Shown piece after piece: positions 8,627-18,102 of a DNA stretch of 64,000 bases. Source of the DNA: Obrimoposthia wandeli (Eukaryota); NCBI GenBank assembly GCA_977020255.1, contig CDROCS010000506.1:1736001-1800000 (forward strand). The letters run 5' to 3'. A program made the translations under genes and the position numbers. The notes under the pieces were generated by a model that was not told the origin of the DNA, made no database searches, and saw nothing but the letters and a program-made list of their open reading frames with translations. Numbering within the stretch: the stretch's first letter is position 1; each line of letters starts with the position of its first letter.

Positions 8627-9544
8627 TTAAATAAGCTCTAATTCAACCATAGCGGCACGAATTTCGTCTTTTGTACCTTGGGTGAGTTCAATAACAGGTA
8701 AACGACACTCTGGCTCACATAGGCCGAGTAACGATACTGCATACTTCACACCAGCAGGGCTAGTTTCTTTAAACATCAAGTTATGCAGCGTAATCAAGCG
8801 ATCTTGTAATTCTCTCGCTTCAACATATTTACCCGCAAACGTTAATTCCTGCACTTGTGCATACAATTTTGGCGCAACGTTAGCAGACACTGAAATCAAG
8901 CCATTACCGCCAGACACGTTATAAGCAACCGTCGTACAATCATCACCAGAAAGGAAAGAGAAATCACCTTTAATTAATTGGCGTTCTAACCAAGGACGCG
9001 ACAAATCACCCGTCGCATCTTTAATGCCGACTACATTTTCTAGTTCAGCCATACGCGCTAATGTTTCAGGTTGGATATCAACAATCGCACGACCTGGAAT
9101 ATTGTAAACAATGATTGGCAAATCATTATTATCGTTAATTGCTTTAAAGTGTTGAAATAAACCTTCCTGACATGGGCGGTTATAATAACCAGCAACATGT
9201 AACGTCGCAATCGCACCAGCAGCTTGCGCATGATTCGATAATAAGATCGCATCCGTCGGGTTATTCGAACCAGCACCAGCAATAACCGGTAAACGCCCTG
9301 CCGCTTGGTTAACAACGATATCAAGGATCTGACAGTGCTCTTCTAGTGACAACGTAGGGCATTCGCCAGTCGTGCCAACAGCAACAATACCGTGCGTACC
9401 CTGCGCGACATGCCAGTCCACTAGATTACGTAATGCTGGTTCATCAATTTCATTATTTTTAAACGGGGTAACCAAAGCAACAATTGAGCCTTTAAGTAAT
9501 GCTTTCATTGCTGATTTATCGGTGACCGTTGAGTTAACACTCAT
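8627..9544 (-). CDS. dapA: 4-hydroxy-tetrahydrodipicolinate synthase (DapA) or close paralog
   Basis: GSIVALVTPF, GTTGE, YYN, YNIPGR, catalytic Lys in GIKDATG, LSGDD. Start placed at 9544 by a GGAG RBS 5 nt upstream; the ORF-track start at 9583 lies inside a terminator. Confidence 0.85.
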   Translation of the reverse strand: MSVNSTVTDKSAMKALLKGSIVALVTPFKNNEIDEPALRNLVDWHVAQGTHGIVAVGTTGECPTLSLEEHCQILDIVVNQAAGRLPVIAGAGSNNPTDAILLSNHAQAAGAIATLHVAGYYNRPCQEGLFQHFKAINDNNDLPIIVYNIPGRAIVDIQPETLARMAELENVVGIKDATGDLSRPWLERQLIKGDFSFLSGDDCTTVAYNVSGGNGLISVSANVAPKLYAQVQELTFAGKYVEARELQDRLITLHNLMFKETSPAGVKYAVSLLGLCEPECRLPVIELTQGTKDEIRAAMVELELI

Positions 9545-9564
9545 AGAAGCTCCATTTCGGTTAT

Positions 9565-9600
9565 AAAAAAACCTCGAATACATAAATTGCGCTCGAGGTT
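9565..9600 (-). terminator. Leader terminator (attenuator) just upstream of dapA
   Basis: Minus strand AACCTCGA-N15-TCGAGGTT followed by a T tract, about 20 nt before the dapA ATG; no minus-strand gene lies upstream. Confidence 0.75.
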
Positions 9601-9658
9601 CCTATAGGGATTTATATGTTCTCGAATCACATGCTACACAGGCTTTAATTTGCCTTGT

Positions 9659-9700
9659 TTATATTGTTTTCGTTTTAAAGTAAGCATGTGACGTTCTCAT
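9659..9700 (-). other. Candidate leader peptide MRTSHAYFKTKTI
   Basis: ATG AGA ACG TCA CAT GCT TAC TTT AAA ACG AAA ACA ATA TAA; overlaps one arm of a 9-bp inverted repeat; no clear SD. Confidence 0.4.
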
Positions 9701-9763
9701 TTTGATGAAAAAACATTTAAGCGGCTATTATTTATCAGTTACTTTTAATATTTATTAAGTTTA

Positions 9764-9792
9764 ATAATTCGTCATTCACCGCAAAATGTCAA
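9764..9792 (-). promoter_or_regulatory. Sigma70 promoter for the dapA leader
   Basis: TTGACA (9792-9787), 17-bp spacer, AATTAT (9769-9764). Confidence 0.55.
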
Positions 9793-9961
9793 GCAGGATA
9801 ATGCATAACTAAATTCAAACAGCTAATCACACATTAAATCGAGTCTCGAACAACTAGCGCGATACCTAATCAGCCAACCGAAAGGAGAAGATATTGAAGT
9901 TGTTTGGGTATATACTCTGCGACCAAATCTTCGAGCAAATTAAGTAAAAGAGCCCAAACCC

Positions 9962-10996
9962 ATGATCAGCAATAGCTACACCCTAGCAAGTCAATTACTC
10001 GCGCGTAACACTGCACATTTTGAAGATAAAGACCTGTTGATTGCGGGTTACATCGAAGATACGTATCCGACTGAATTAGCTAAAATAGCTAAAAAAGTAA
10101 CGTTATTCAGCTACGATTATTCAGCTAAACTACATTTTGATGATGTCAGCAATATTGATAACCATTGCTCGACTGAATACCAAGCGGTGAAGAAACACCA
10201 AGTTGCTTTGGTTTACATGTCAAAATCAAAAGCTGAAGTAGAATATTTATTAGCGAACATTACTGAACATCTTGAAGACGGTGCAATGATCTTCATGGTA
10301 GGTGAAAACAACGCCGGTATTCGTAGCGCAAATAAATTCTTTGCCCCGTATGGCGATATTTGTAACAAACTCGATGCAGCACGTCGCAGTTCATTGTTTG
10401 TGACTGAATTAAATAAACCAGTCGCTAAATTCGTGCAAGACGATTGGATCACAACATTCCCAGTCTCAGTAAATGGTGTTGATCTAACGGTATGTACATT
10501 ACCGGGCGTATTCAGCCACGGTAAATTAGACACTGGTAGTAATATCCTGCTTAATAACTTACACAAAAAACCATCAGGTCGTGTACTTGATCTTGGTTGT
10601 GGTGCAGGTATTATCGGTAGTTATATCGCTAAACGTTTCCCGACAAGCAAAGTTGAAATGACTGATGTAAGTGCACTGGCGGTTAAATCAAGTCAACTGA
10701 CATTAGCGGCGAACGAACTAGCAGGTCAAGCTTACCTTTCTGATGTGTTTTCTGATGTAAACGATAAATTTGATTATATCATTTCAAACCCACCGTTCCA
10801 TGCGGGATTGAAAACTCACTATGCAAGCACTGAAACTTTCTTAAAAGAAGCGAATAGCTACATCAACACACGCGGCCATTTAGTATTAGTTGCGAATAGT
10901 TTCTTGAAATACCCTGAGATTATTGAAGCGAGCTTTGGACATTGTTTATTACAAATAAAATCATCTAAGTTCGCAGTTTATTACGCAAATAAATAG
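9962..10996 (+). CDS. rsmC: 16S rRNA m2G1207 methyltransferase RsmC
   Basis: VGENNAGIRS, KLDAARR, LPGVFSHGKLDTGS, VLDLGCGAG, ISNPPFH motifs. Confidence 0.95.
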   Translation: MISNSYTLASQLLARNTAHFEDKDLLIAGYIEDTYPTELAKIAKKVTLFSYDYSAKLHFDDVSNIDNHCSTEYQAVKKHQVALVYMSKSKAEVEYLLANITEHLEDGAMIFMVGENNAGIRSANKFFAPYGDICNKLDAARRSSLFVTELNKPVAKFVQDDWITTFPVSVNGVDLTVCTLPGVFSHGKLDTGSNILLNNLHKKPSGRVLDLGCGAGIIGSYIAKRFPTSKVEMTDVSALAVKSSQLTLAANELAGQAYLSDVFSDVNDKFDYIISNPPFHAGLKTHYASTETFLKEANSYINTRGHLVLVANSFLKYPEIIEASFGHCLLQIKSSKFAVYYANK

Positions 10997-11060
10997 TTAC
11001 AAATATAGATAGTTGCGCGAATAAATAGTTACGTGAATAAATACTCGCGTAACTAAATCG
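10981..11060 (+). repeat. Five 16-nt degenerate tandem copies of the rsmC 3' end
   Basis: TTACGCAAATAAATAG (gene end with stop) / TTACAAATATAGATAG / TTGCGCGAATAAATAG / TTACGTGAATAAATAC / TCGCGTAACTAAATCG. Confidence 0.85.
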
Positions 11061-11067
11061 CATAAAT

Positions 11068-11107
11068 AAAAACGCCCATAACAAGCAATTGTTATGGGCG
11101 TTTTTTT
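11068..11107. terminator. Bidirectional intrinsic terminator rsmC/plsC
   Basis: AAAACGCCCATAACAA-GCAA-TTGTTATGGGCGTTTT plus T tract. Confidence 0.9.
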
Positions 11108-11159
11108 ATTTATCTTTAATTCAGAACTCGTCTGATTAAGCTAAATACTTACCTATAAA

Positions 11160-11879
11160 TTAAGCATCTCGGGCTTCTACAGATAATTCATCAATACGCT
11201 TTTTCATAATAGCATGCACATCTGTTGATAATTGGCGTACCGCTTTGCGCTCTAAACCCGTCGTTGCAATTGGGTCCATGATCTCAATAATCACTTCGCC
11301 ATTATCCCAACGATTTAATTTAATTTTATTATGCGTATTAGAACAGCATACTGGCACAATCGGCACTTCAGCTTGGATCGCAGTATGGAAGGCACCCGTT
11401 TTAAACGGTAATAAGCCACGACCACGGCTACGCGTTCCTTCAGCAAACATCCAAATACTTAAGTGACCCTTTTTAATGCGATCTGCCACTGCTGAAATAG
11501 TACCTACAGCTTTGCTTTTGTTATTACGGTCAATCAGGATATTACCTGACAGCCAATATACAAAACCAAAAATCGGTACCCAAATTAAACTTTTCTTACC
11601 CACAGATACAGTGCCAGGCTGTACTGCTGCCGTCACAGTAATTAAATCAAAATTGTTTTGATGGTTACCAACAAATACATACGGACCACCATCATTCAAA
11701 CCAGCTGGTTTGCGTACTACTAGCTTCACCCCAAAAATACGCGCCAAACGAGAGAAGTTTCTCGCCACACATGCCACGTGTTTTGGATTTCTAGGCTGTA
11801 AACTAAAGCGTAAAATACTCATGACTAATAAGTAGATCATGAAGAACATGACTAAGACTAAACGACCGATAAATAACAT
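11160..11879 (-). CDS. plsC: 1-acyl-sn-glycerol-3-phosphate acyltransferase
   Basis: NHQNNFD (HX4D), GKKSL, FAEGTRS motifs. Confidence 0.95.
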   Translation of the reverse strand: MLFIGRLVLVMFFMIYLLVMSILRFSLQPRNPKHVACVARNFSRLARIFGVKLVVRKPAGLNDGGPYVFVGNHQNNFDLITVTAAVQPGTVSVGKKSLIWVPIFGFVYWLSGNILIDRNNKSKAVGTISAVADRIKKGHLSIWMFAEGTRSRGRGLLPFKTGAFHTAIQAEVPIVPVCCSNTHNKIKLNRWDNGEVIIEIMDPIATTGLERKAVRQLSTDVHAIMKKRIDELSVEARDA

Positions 11880-11905
11880 TTGTAACCCTCTTTTAACATC
11901 ACCGC

Positions 11906-11934
11906 AGTATACCGAGCCATAACTCGGTGTACAA
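11906..11934 (-). promoter_or_regulatory. Sigma70 promoter of plsC
   Basis: TTGTAC (11934-11929), 17-bp spacer, TATACT (11911-11906). Confidence 0.65.
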
Positions 11935-11943
11935 GCGTTAGCT
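11926..11943. promoter_or_regulatory. FabR operator overlapping the plsC -35
   Basis: GGTGTACAAGCGTTAGCT; 14/18 to each of the E. coli fabA (AGCGTACACGTGTTAGCT) and fabB (GGCGTACAAGTGTACGCT) FabR sites as recalled. Confidence 0.65.
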
Positions 11944-11946
11944 GAA

Positions 11947-14205
11947 TTATTCTTGTGCTACATCGATACTATCAACACGTTGTAATCCACGCGGTAATTT
12001 GAAACCACGACGTCCTCGTTCACCTTTATAATGTTCTAAATCAGCAGGTTTCAATGTTAATTTACGCTTACCGGCATGCAGTGTTACTGACTGCCCTTGC
12101 GGAACGATAGTTAGCATTTGCACAAACTCTTCCCGACTTTTAACGCGGGCAGACGGAATGTTCATGAGTTTATTACCCTTACCTTTCGATAATAATGGCA
12201 ATGATATCAGTGGGAAAATCAACATTCGGCCTTCGTTAGAAATAACTAAACAATGGTCAGAGTTAATATCGTTAACCGCTTGCGGTTCAATCACCAATCC
12301 GCCAACAGGTAAGGTCAATAATGCTTTACCGTTCTTATTACGGCTGACCATGTCACTGAACTTACCAATGAAACCATAACCGGCATCAGAACTCAGCAAG
12401 AATTGCTGGCTATCATCTGCCATCAGCGCATGCGCAAAGGTTTGTCCTGGTGCAAGCGTAAATCGTGTCGTTAACGGCTCGCCCTGACTACGGGCCGATG
12501 GCAATGTATGGGCATCCAATGCGAATGAACGACCACTCGAATCAATAAAGACTGCAGGGCAATTACTGCGCCCTTCTGCGGCATCTTTATATTCATCACT
12601 GGCTTTATAACTGAGTCCGTTAGCATCCACATCATGACCTTTCGCACAACGTGCCCAGCCTTGTTGTGATAACACCACTGTCACGGCTTCATTTGGCATT
12701 AATTCTTTTTCTGTTAACGCTTTGGCTTCTGTACGTTCGATAATTGGTGAACGACGTTCATCACCAAATTTCTCAGCGTCCATAATCAATTCTTTTTTCA
12801 CTAATGTAGCTAAGCGACGATCTGAACTTAATAGCTGTTCTAGTTTATGGCGCTCAGTGTTTAACTCACCTTGCTCACCACGGATACGCATTTCTTCTAA
12901 CTTAGCTAAATGACGTAATTTAAGCTCAAGTACCGCTTCTGCTTGTTTGACCGATAAATCAAAACGACGAATTAATTCTGCTTTCGGATCATCGTACTGA
13001 CGAATGATCTCAATCACTTCATCAATATTTAAGAAGGCAATCAACAAACCATCAAGGGTATGTAAACGCGCCAGTACTTTATCTAAACGGAACTGTAAAC
13101 GACGGCGGACAGTCGTATTACGGAATTCTAACCATTCTGATAATATTGTCTTCAAACCTTTAACTTGTGGTTTTTCATTCAAACCAATCATGTTCAAGTT
13201 AACACGGTAGTTTTTCTCTAAATCAGTACTGGCAAATAAATGCGCCATTAGCTGATCGATATCAATACGGTTAGAGCGTGGGATAATAACCAAACGGGTT
13301 GGGTTCTCATGATCTGATTCATCACGTAAATCCGCCACCATAGGTAATTTCTTCGCCTGCATTTGTGCCGCGATTTGCTCTAAAATTTTACCACCAGAAA
13401 CTTGATGCGGTAGTGCCGTAATAACAATATCACCACTTTCTAGGCTAAATACCGCACGCATTTTAATGCTGCCTTTACCTGTTTCGTAGATTTTGGCGAT
13501 ATCTTTTTCTGGTGTAATAATCTCTGCTTCAGTCGGATAATCAGGGCCTTTTACATAAGCCATTAATTCTGACAATTCAGCTTTAGGTTTATCAATTAGA
13601 TGCAAACAAGCGTTAGTAATTTCACGCACGTTATGTGGCGGAATATCCGTCGCCATACCGACCGCAATACCCGTCACACCATTCAATAAAATGTGCGGTA
13701 AACGCGCAGGTAATAATTGTGGCTCTTTCATGGTGCCGTCAAAGTTAGGCGACCAGTCAACCGTGCCTAATCCCACTTCACCTAATAGTACTTCAGCAAA
13801 TTTTGACAATTTAGCTTCGGTGTAACGCATTGCCGCAAATGATTTTGGATCATCCGGTGCACCCCAGTTACCTTGGCCATCAACCAGCGGATAACGATAA
13901 GAAAATGGCTGCGCCATCAATACCATTGCTTCATAACAAGCACTGTCGCCATGGGGATGATACTTACCTAGAACATCACCAACCGTACGCGCTGACTTCT
14001 TATATTTTGCCCCTGCATGCAAGCCAAGCTCAGACATTGCATAGGTAATACGGCGTTGCACTGGCTTTAACCCATCACCAATATGAGGCAAGGCACGATC
14101 CATGATCACATACATGGAATAGTTCAAATATGCTTGCTCGGTAAATTCCCTTAGCGGTTGTTCTTCGACACCATCTAAGCTCATATCAATAACGTCAGTC
14201 ATCAA
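11947..14205 (-). CDS. parC: DNA topoisomerase IV subunit A
   Basis: [38 protein letters not shown] catalytic Tyr; C-terminal beta-pinwheel repeats. Confidence 0.97.
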   Translation of the reverse strand: MMTDVIDMSLDGVEEQPLREFTEQAYLNYSMYVIMDRALPHIGDGLKPVQRRITYAMSELGLHAGAKYKKSARTVGDVLGKYHPHGDSACYEAMVLMAQPFSYRYPLVDGQGNWGAPDDPKSFAAMRYTEAKLSKFAEVLLGEVGLGTVDWSPNFDGTMKEPQLLPARLPHILLNGVTGIAVGMATDIPPHNVREITNACLHLIDKPKAELSELMAYVKGPDYPTEAEIITPEKDIAKIYETGKGSIKMRAVFSLESGDIVITALPHQVSGGKILEQIAAQMQAKKLPMVADLRDESDHENPTRLVIIPRSNRIDIDQLMAHLFASTDLEKNYRVNLNMIGLNEKPQVKGLKTILSEWLEFRNTTVRRRLQFRLDKVLARLHTLDGLLIAFLNIDEVIEIIRQYDDPKAELIRRFDLSVKQAEAVLELKLRHLAKLEEMRIRGEQGELNTERHKLEQLLSSDRRLATLVKKELIMDAEKFGDERRSPIIERTEAKALTEKELMPNEAVTVVLSQQGWARCAKGHDVDANGLSYKASDEYKDAAEGRSNCPAVFIDSSGRSFALDAHTLPSARSQGEPLTTRFTLAPGQTFAHALMADDSQQFLLSSDAGYGFIGKFSDMVSRNKNGKALLTLPVGGLVIEPQAVNDINSDHCLVISNEGRMLIFPLISLPLLSKGKGNKLMNIPSARVKSREEFVQMLTIVPQGQSVTLHAGKRKLTLKPADLEHYKGERGRRGFKLPRGLQRVDSIDVAQE

Positions 14206-14444
14206 AAGTCCTGTTATTTAGAATAAAATAAAAATTTAATAATTAAAGGCGAAAACAACATATGCTATTCATGTGCATTTATATTATGATGAAACGCGAA
14301 AATTAGCTTAGATAATAACAATTAGCCTGCTGTAGACGTGTTATAGATAGTTATTTCAACTATAACCCGTCACTATTATAATTATCTAAGGTGACTTTCT
14401 TTAGCTCATAATCCGATTAAAAACAAAATGACAGGAAATTAATC

Positions 14445-15044
14445 ATGGGGAGCAAGGCATTATATTCTCTTATAGAGAAAACTAAATTATTATTTCCATC
14501 ATTAACTAAACGCGTCGGCATGTTGAGTAATTCATTCAAATCACTACCGCGCCTACACCGTAAACTATTGCCTATACTATCACTGATTGTCATCGTTCTG
14601 CTGCTTATACCTAGCACTGATATAACGAATGTGGATAACACGGCAGCGAATGAACGTAAGTCAATCACACTGACTATCGCGTCAACTCAAAATGTAGCAA
14701 ATAAAGCAGGTCTAGAACAGGGACCAACAAGTAATACGCCACAGCCAGTACAAATTAAGGTTTTAGATCCAGAAAATATTGATGGAGAATGGCGGGCACA
14801 TGTTATTCGTAAAGGTGATTCTGTTTATCGCATTTTCCGCCAGTATGATATACCTTCTGCTGTACTACATACTTTAATCGCAGTACCGACACCAGAACGA
14901 TATATAACCCAAGTAAAACCCGGACAAGTAATGTCATTTTACATCTCGACGGCGGGTAAATTAATACAGCTTCGAATCACCGATGCTGACAGCGCACCAA
15001 CGTTATTTGCATTACGCGAAGACGGTAGTTATATTTATCGCTAA
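14445..15044 (+). CDS. OapA/YtfB-like LysM peptidoglycan-binding protein (true start may be downstream)
   Basis: LPRLHRKLL OapA N-terminal motif, TM helix, LysM-like HVIRKGDSVYRIFRQY, C-terminal REDGSY. Confidence 0.75.
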   Translation: MGSKALYSLIEKTKLLFPSLTKRVGMLSNSFKSLPRLHRKLLPILSLIVIVLLLIPSTDITNVDNTAANERKSITLTIASTQNVANKAGLEQGPTSNTPQPVQIKVLDPENIDGEWRAHVIRKGDSVYRIFRQYDIPSAVLHTLIAVPTPERYITQVKPGQVMSFYISTAGKLIQLRITDADSAPTLFALREDGSYIYR

Positions 15045-15087
15045 AGTGATGTAGTTACATCAAGCTACATGTGTGCTGGGTACCTAC

Positions 15088-16332
15088 TTAGGTGAGAGCA
15101 GCACACACTTGATTTCGCCCAGCTTCTTTGGCTTTATACAATAACTGATCCGCTGCTTTAATGACATTTTCAGGGGTTGTCATCGAGCTACGCCCTTGCG
15201 CGACTCCAATACTAATTGTCACTTGCACTGTGTCCTCAATTATTTCCACACGACTATCCGTCTTTTGGGACTTTTCACCCTGCAGCTCTCTACGTTCGAG
15301 AGGCTGGCGAATTTGAAAAGGATAACCAGCAATTAACACTCTGATTTCCTCTAAATAAACCACACAGTCTGCCGCCGACTTACCTTTAAATACAATGGTA
15401 AATTCTTCACCACCATAGCGATATACTTTACCTCGGCCTTTAACTGTCGCTAATTGTGATGCAACCATTTTTAAAACCGTATCGCCAATATCATGACCAT
15501 AGGTATCATTGAATTTTTTAAAAAGATCGATATCCAACATGGCAATACTATATTTACCACTCAACTGCGCCAATTCAATATTTAATGCACGACGACCTGG
15601 GATCCGAGTCAGTTCATCAATAAAAGCTTGTTCATGACTACGCTGCAATATGCTTAATAGCAAAATAATTGCGCTCATCATAAACATGCAGGCTGATATC
15701 CACTGCTGGTCAAATTCGACCACAGTTAATGTACACGCTAACAAGGCGCTGAGAAATGCCTGATCTGAAGCAACATCCCTAAATAACATAAGCGTAGCGG
15801 CCGTTAATACCGCACAAATTAATAAACCAAATAAGATGCTGGGTAATACCGAAAAACCACCTAAAACTAAAAACCAGGGTTCTAGCGTCGTCAATATAAG
15901 GGTGACTTGGGGTAATTGCTCTGGTTGAATAAACCAGTAATAGGTGACCGCTTGCACCATAAAAATAGCATGGTAAGAAAGCGCTTTAACAGAAAATAAC
16001 GCTCGCTCTGGTAAAAATAATAACAACACTAAATTTATCGGCAGTACCAGCACCAAAAAATAATATTCAAATAATGTACTACCTATCGATAGCGGGGTTT
16101 GTAAGCGTTGTTGAATGACGTTGTAAGCCACCAGCATCAGTAATGCCGCAAAACCACTACGCCCCTGCTTAAAGAAGTGACTTAATATAATCACCAATAA
16201 AAACAGTACACTCGGTAATTCAACTAACATGCCCTGCTGCGCAGTTGAAAACGCAGCAAAAAATGGCGGAATAAAAAGCCCTGCGAACATAATTACAAAT
16301 GTAAATAATAGTCTTGAATACATTAATGTCAC
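15088..16332 (-). CDS. Multi-TM diguanylate cyclase (GGDEF)
   Basis: Several TM helices, then DELTRIPGRR, DIDLFKKFNDTYGHDIGD, YRYGGEEF, AADQLLYKAKEAGRN; no RxxD I-site. Confidence 0.92.
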   Translation of the reverse strand: MTLMYSRLLFTFVIMFAGLFIPPFFAAFSTAQQGMLVELPSVLFLLVIILSHFFKQGRSGFAALLMLVAYNVIQQRLQTPLSIGSTLFEYYFLVLVLPINLVLLLFLPERALFSVKALSYHAIFMVQAVTYYWFIQPEQLPQVTLILTTLEPWFLVLGGFSVLPSILFGLLICAVLTAATLMLFRDVASDQAFLSALLACTLTVVEFDQQWISACMFMMSAIILLLSILQRSHEQAFIDELTRIPGRRALNIELAQLSGKYSIAMLDIDLFKKFNDTYGHDIGDTVLKMVASQLATVKGRGKVYRYGGEEFTIVFKGKSAADCVVYLEEIRVLIAGYPFQIRQPLERRELQGEKSQKTDSRVEIIEDTVQVTISIGVAQGRSSMTTPENVIKAADQLLYKAKEAGRNQVCAALT

Positions 16333-16350
16333 TTATTGTCGCACGAGCTA

Positions 16351-17310
16351 TTAACTCGGTTCTATTTTAGCAATATAGTAATTAACAGAAATAGCTGCTG
16401 AAACTAACCCCATGCTAATAGCGGTAATAAACAACAGCATTACCTCACTGAATGTTAATCCCTGAATAACAAAATCAGTGTTATACAATTGGGCAAGGTT
16501 AACGACCGTATCTTCCATCCAATACACCATAAACAGCGTCACGAACCAAGCTAAAATACCGCCGATCGCACCGTACCAAAAACCGGTATATAAAAAAGGC
16601 CGTTGCACAAATGAATTAGTCGCACCAATTAATTTTAATACTTCAATTTCGGCGCGATTAGATAAAATATTTAAGCGAATGGTATTACCGGTAATTAATA
16701 ATACCGAACTTAATAATAAGACAGAGACAACTAACACTGCATCACTAAAAATAGAGATAATACCTTCTAGACGTGCAAGCCACATAATATCTAGCTTACC
16801 CTGCTGTACTTCGGGTTCTCTTTCTAATTTAGCTAATAATTCTTGTGCTGCTATTGAACTACGGTAATAAGGCTTAGGTGTTACCACAACCACTGCAGGT
16901 AAGGGATTATGGTCTAGCAAGGTTAACGCCGATACTAATCCTGAAGAACGCTTAAACTCTTCCATGCCCTGCTCTTTGGAAATGTATTCAACGCTATCAA
17001 TTTCTTTATAGGTCTTTAAACGGTGTAATAAATTTTGGTAACGCGAATCTGGTAAGTCTTTCTTCAAAAATAGGTTTATGTCGGTCGGACTGGTCCACCC
17101 CTGACTTACTGTTTGGCTATTCTTTAATACCACATACAAAGTGCTTGGTAAGGCTAAACTCACGCCCAACACTAACATCGTCATCAACGATGCAATAGGC
17201 GTACGCCATACATCCGTTAAGCTTGATACCGCGTGATGGATATGTTGTTGGCAGCGGATTTGAATACGTTTAATGATGGGTGCGTCAGCGCGGTTAGTTT
17301 GCTTGTTCAT
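16351..17310 (-). CDS. ftsX: Cell division ABC permease FtsX
   Basis: 4-TM FtsX topology; NPLPAV, GNTIRL, LIGATNSFVQRPFLY; ATG at 17310 directly after the ftsE stop. Confidence 0.95.
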   Translation of the reverse strand: MNKQTNRADAPIIKRIQIRCQQHIHHAVSSLTDVWRTPIASLMTMLVLGVSLALPSTLYVVLKNSQTVSQGWTSPTDINLFLKKDLPDSRYQNLLHRLKTYKEIDSVEYISKEQGMEEFKRSSGLVSALTLLDHNPLPAVVVVTPKPYYRSSIAAQELLAKLEREPEVQQGKLDIMWLARLEGIISIFSDAVLVVSVLLLSSVLLITGNTIRLNILSNRAEIEVLKLIGATNSFVQRPFLYTGFWYGAIGGILAWFVTLFMVYWMEDTVVNLAQLYNTDFVIQGLTFSEVMLLFITAISMGLVSAAISVNYYIAKIEPS

Positions 17311-17311
17311 G

Positions 17312-17983
17312 TTAGATCCCTTGTAACTCGTCATTACACATCTCGCCTTGCTTAATACGTAACGTGCGATAGCGCATTTTAGCAATCAAGCCCAAATCAT
17401 GAGTGGCAATCAATACTGTCGTGCCGCTGCGATTGAACTCTTCAAATAATTTAATGATCTCCATAGATAACTGAGGATCTAAATTACCGGTTGGTTCATC
17501 CGCTAATAACAATTTGGGACGAGAAATAATCGCTCTTGCGATACCTACCCGTTGTTGCTCACCGCCTGAAAGCATCGGTGGATAACACTTGGCTTTATTG
17601 TGCAAACCGACTTTGTCTAATGCCGCTAGAACACGGTTTTTCACTTGTTTCGCGGTATAACCTTGAATGATCAACGGCAGGGCCACATTATCAAAAATAG
17701 TGCGTTCGACTAACAAACGATGATCTTGGAAGATAATACCGATATCACGACGTAAAAATGGAATGTCCGATTTACTGACTTTACTGACATTACGCTCATT
17801 AAGAAAAACATCGCCGGCTGTTGGTCGTTCCAGCATGCTAATTAATTTTAATAAGGTACTTTTACCTGCGCCAGAGGGACCCGTTAAAAAAGCCATCTCG
17901 CCTTTTTCAAGGTGAAAGTTTACTTTCTGTAATGCGCAAAGACTGCCAGGGTAAATTTTAGATACATTATCAAACCGAATCAT
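17312..17983 (-). CDS. ftsE: Cell division ATP-binding protein FtsE
   Basis: [53 protein letters not shown]; AAGGA RBS before 17983. Confidence 0.95.
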   Translation of the reverse strand: MIRFDNVSKIYPGSLCALQKVNFHLEKGEMAFLTGPSGAGKSTLLKLISMLERPTAGDVFLNERNVSKVSKSDIPFLRRDIGIIFQDHRLLVERTIFDNVALPLIIQGYTAKQVKNRVLAALDKVGLHNKAKCYPPMLSGGEQQRVGIARAIISRPKLLLADEPTGNLDPQLSMEIIKLFEEFNRSGTTVLIATHDLGLIAKMRYRTLRIKQGEMCNDELQGI

Positions 17984-18019
17984 GATGACGGCGTCCTTGC
18001 TGTGTGCTGGTATAAAATC

Positions 18020-18047
18020 GTGAATAGTGAATAGTGAGAAGTGAACG
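18020..18047. repeat. 7-nt tandem repeat between ftsY and ftsE
   Basis: GTGAATA GTGAATA GTGAGAA GTGAACG. Confidence 0.6.
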
Positions 18048-18102
18048 CAATAGCCCACCGAATTAACGATCATCTATTGCGTCACACATACTGCTATTAC
18101 TG

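Noticed and set aside
9545-9760. Lysine riboswitch upstream of dapA
   Set aside because: The conserved AGAGG(U/C)GC start, loop-E/K-turn P2 and P4-P5 pattern were not found, and the leader is very AU-rich; an Rfam RF00168 search would settle it.
9870-9895. GCCAACC-GAAA-GG motif resembling a c-di-GMP-I riboswitch
   Set aside because: Only a GNRA mini-hairpin; the second stem, tetraloop receptor and conserved flanks are absent.
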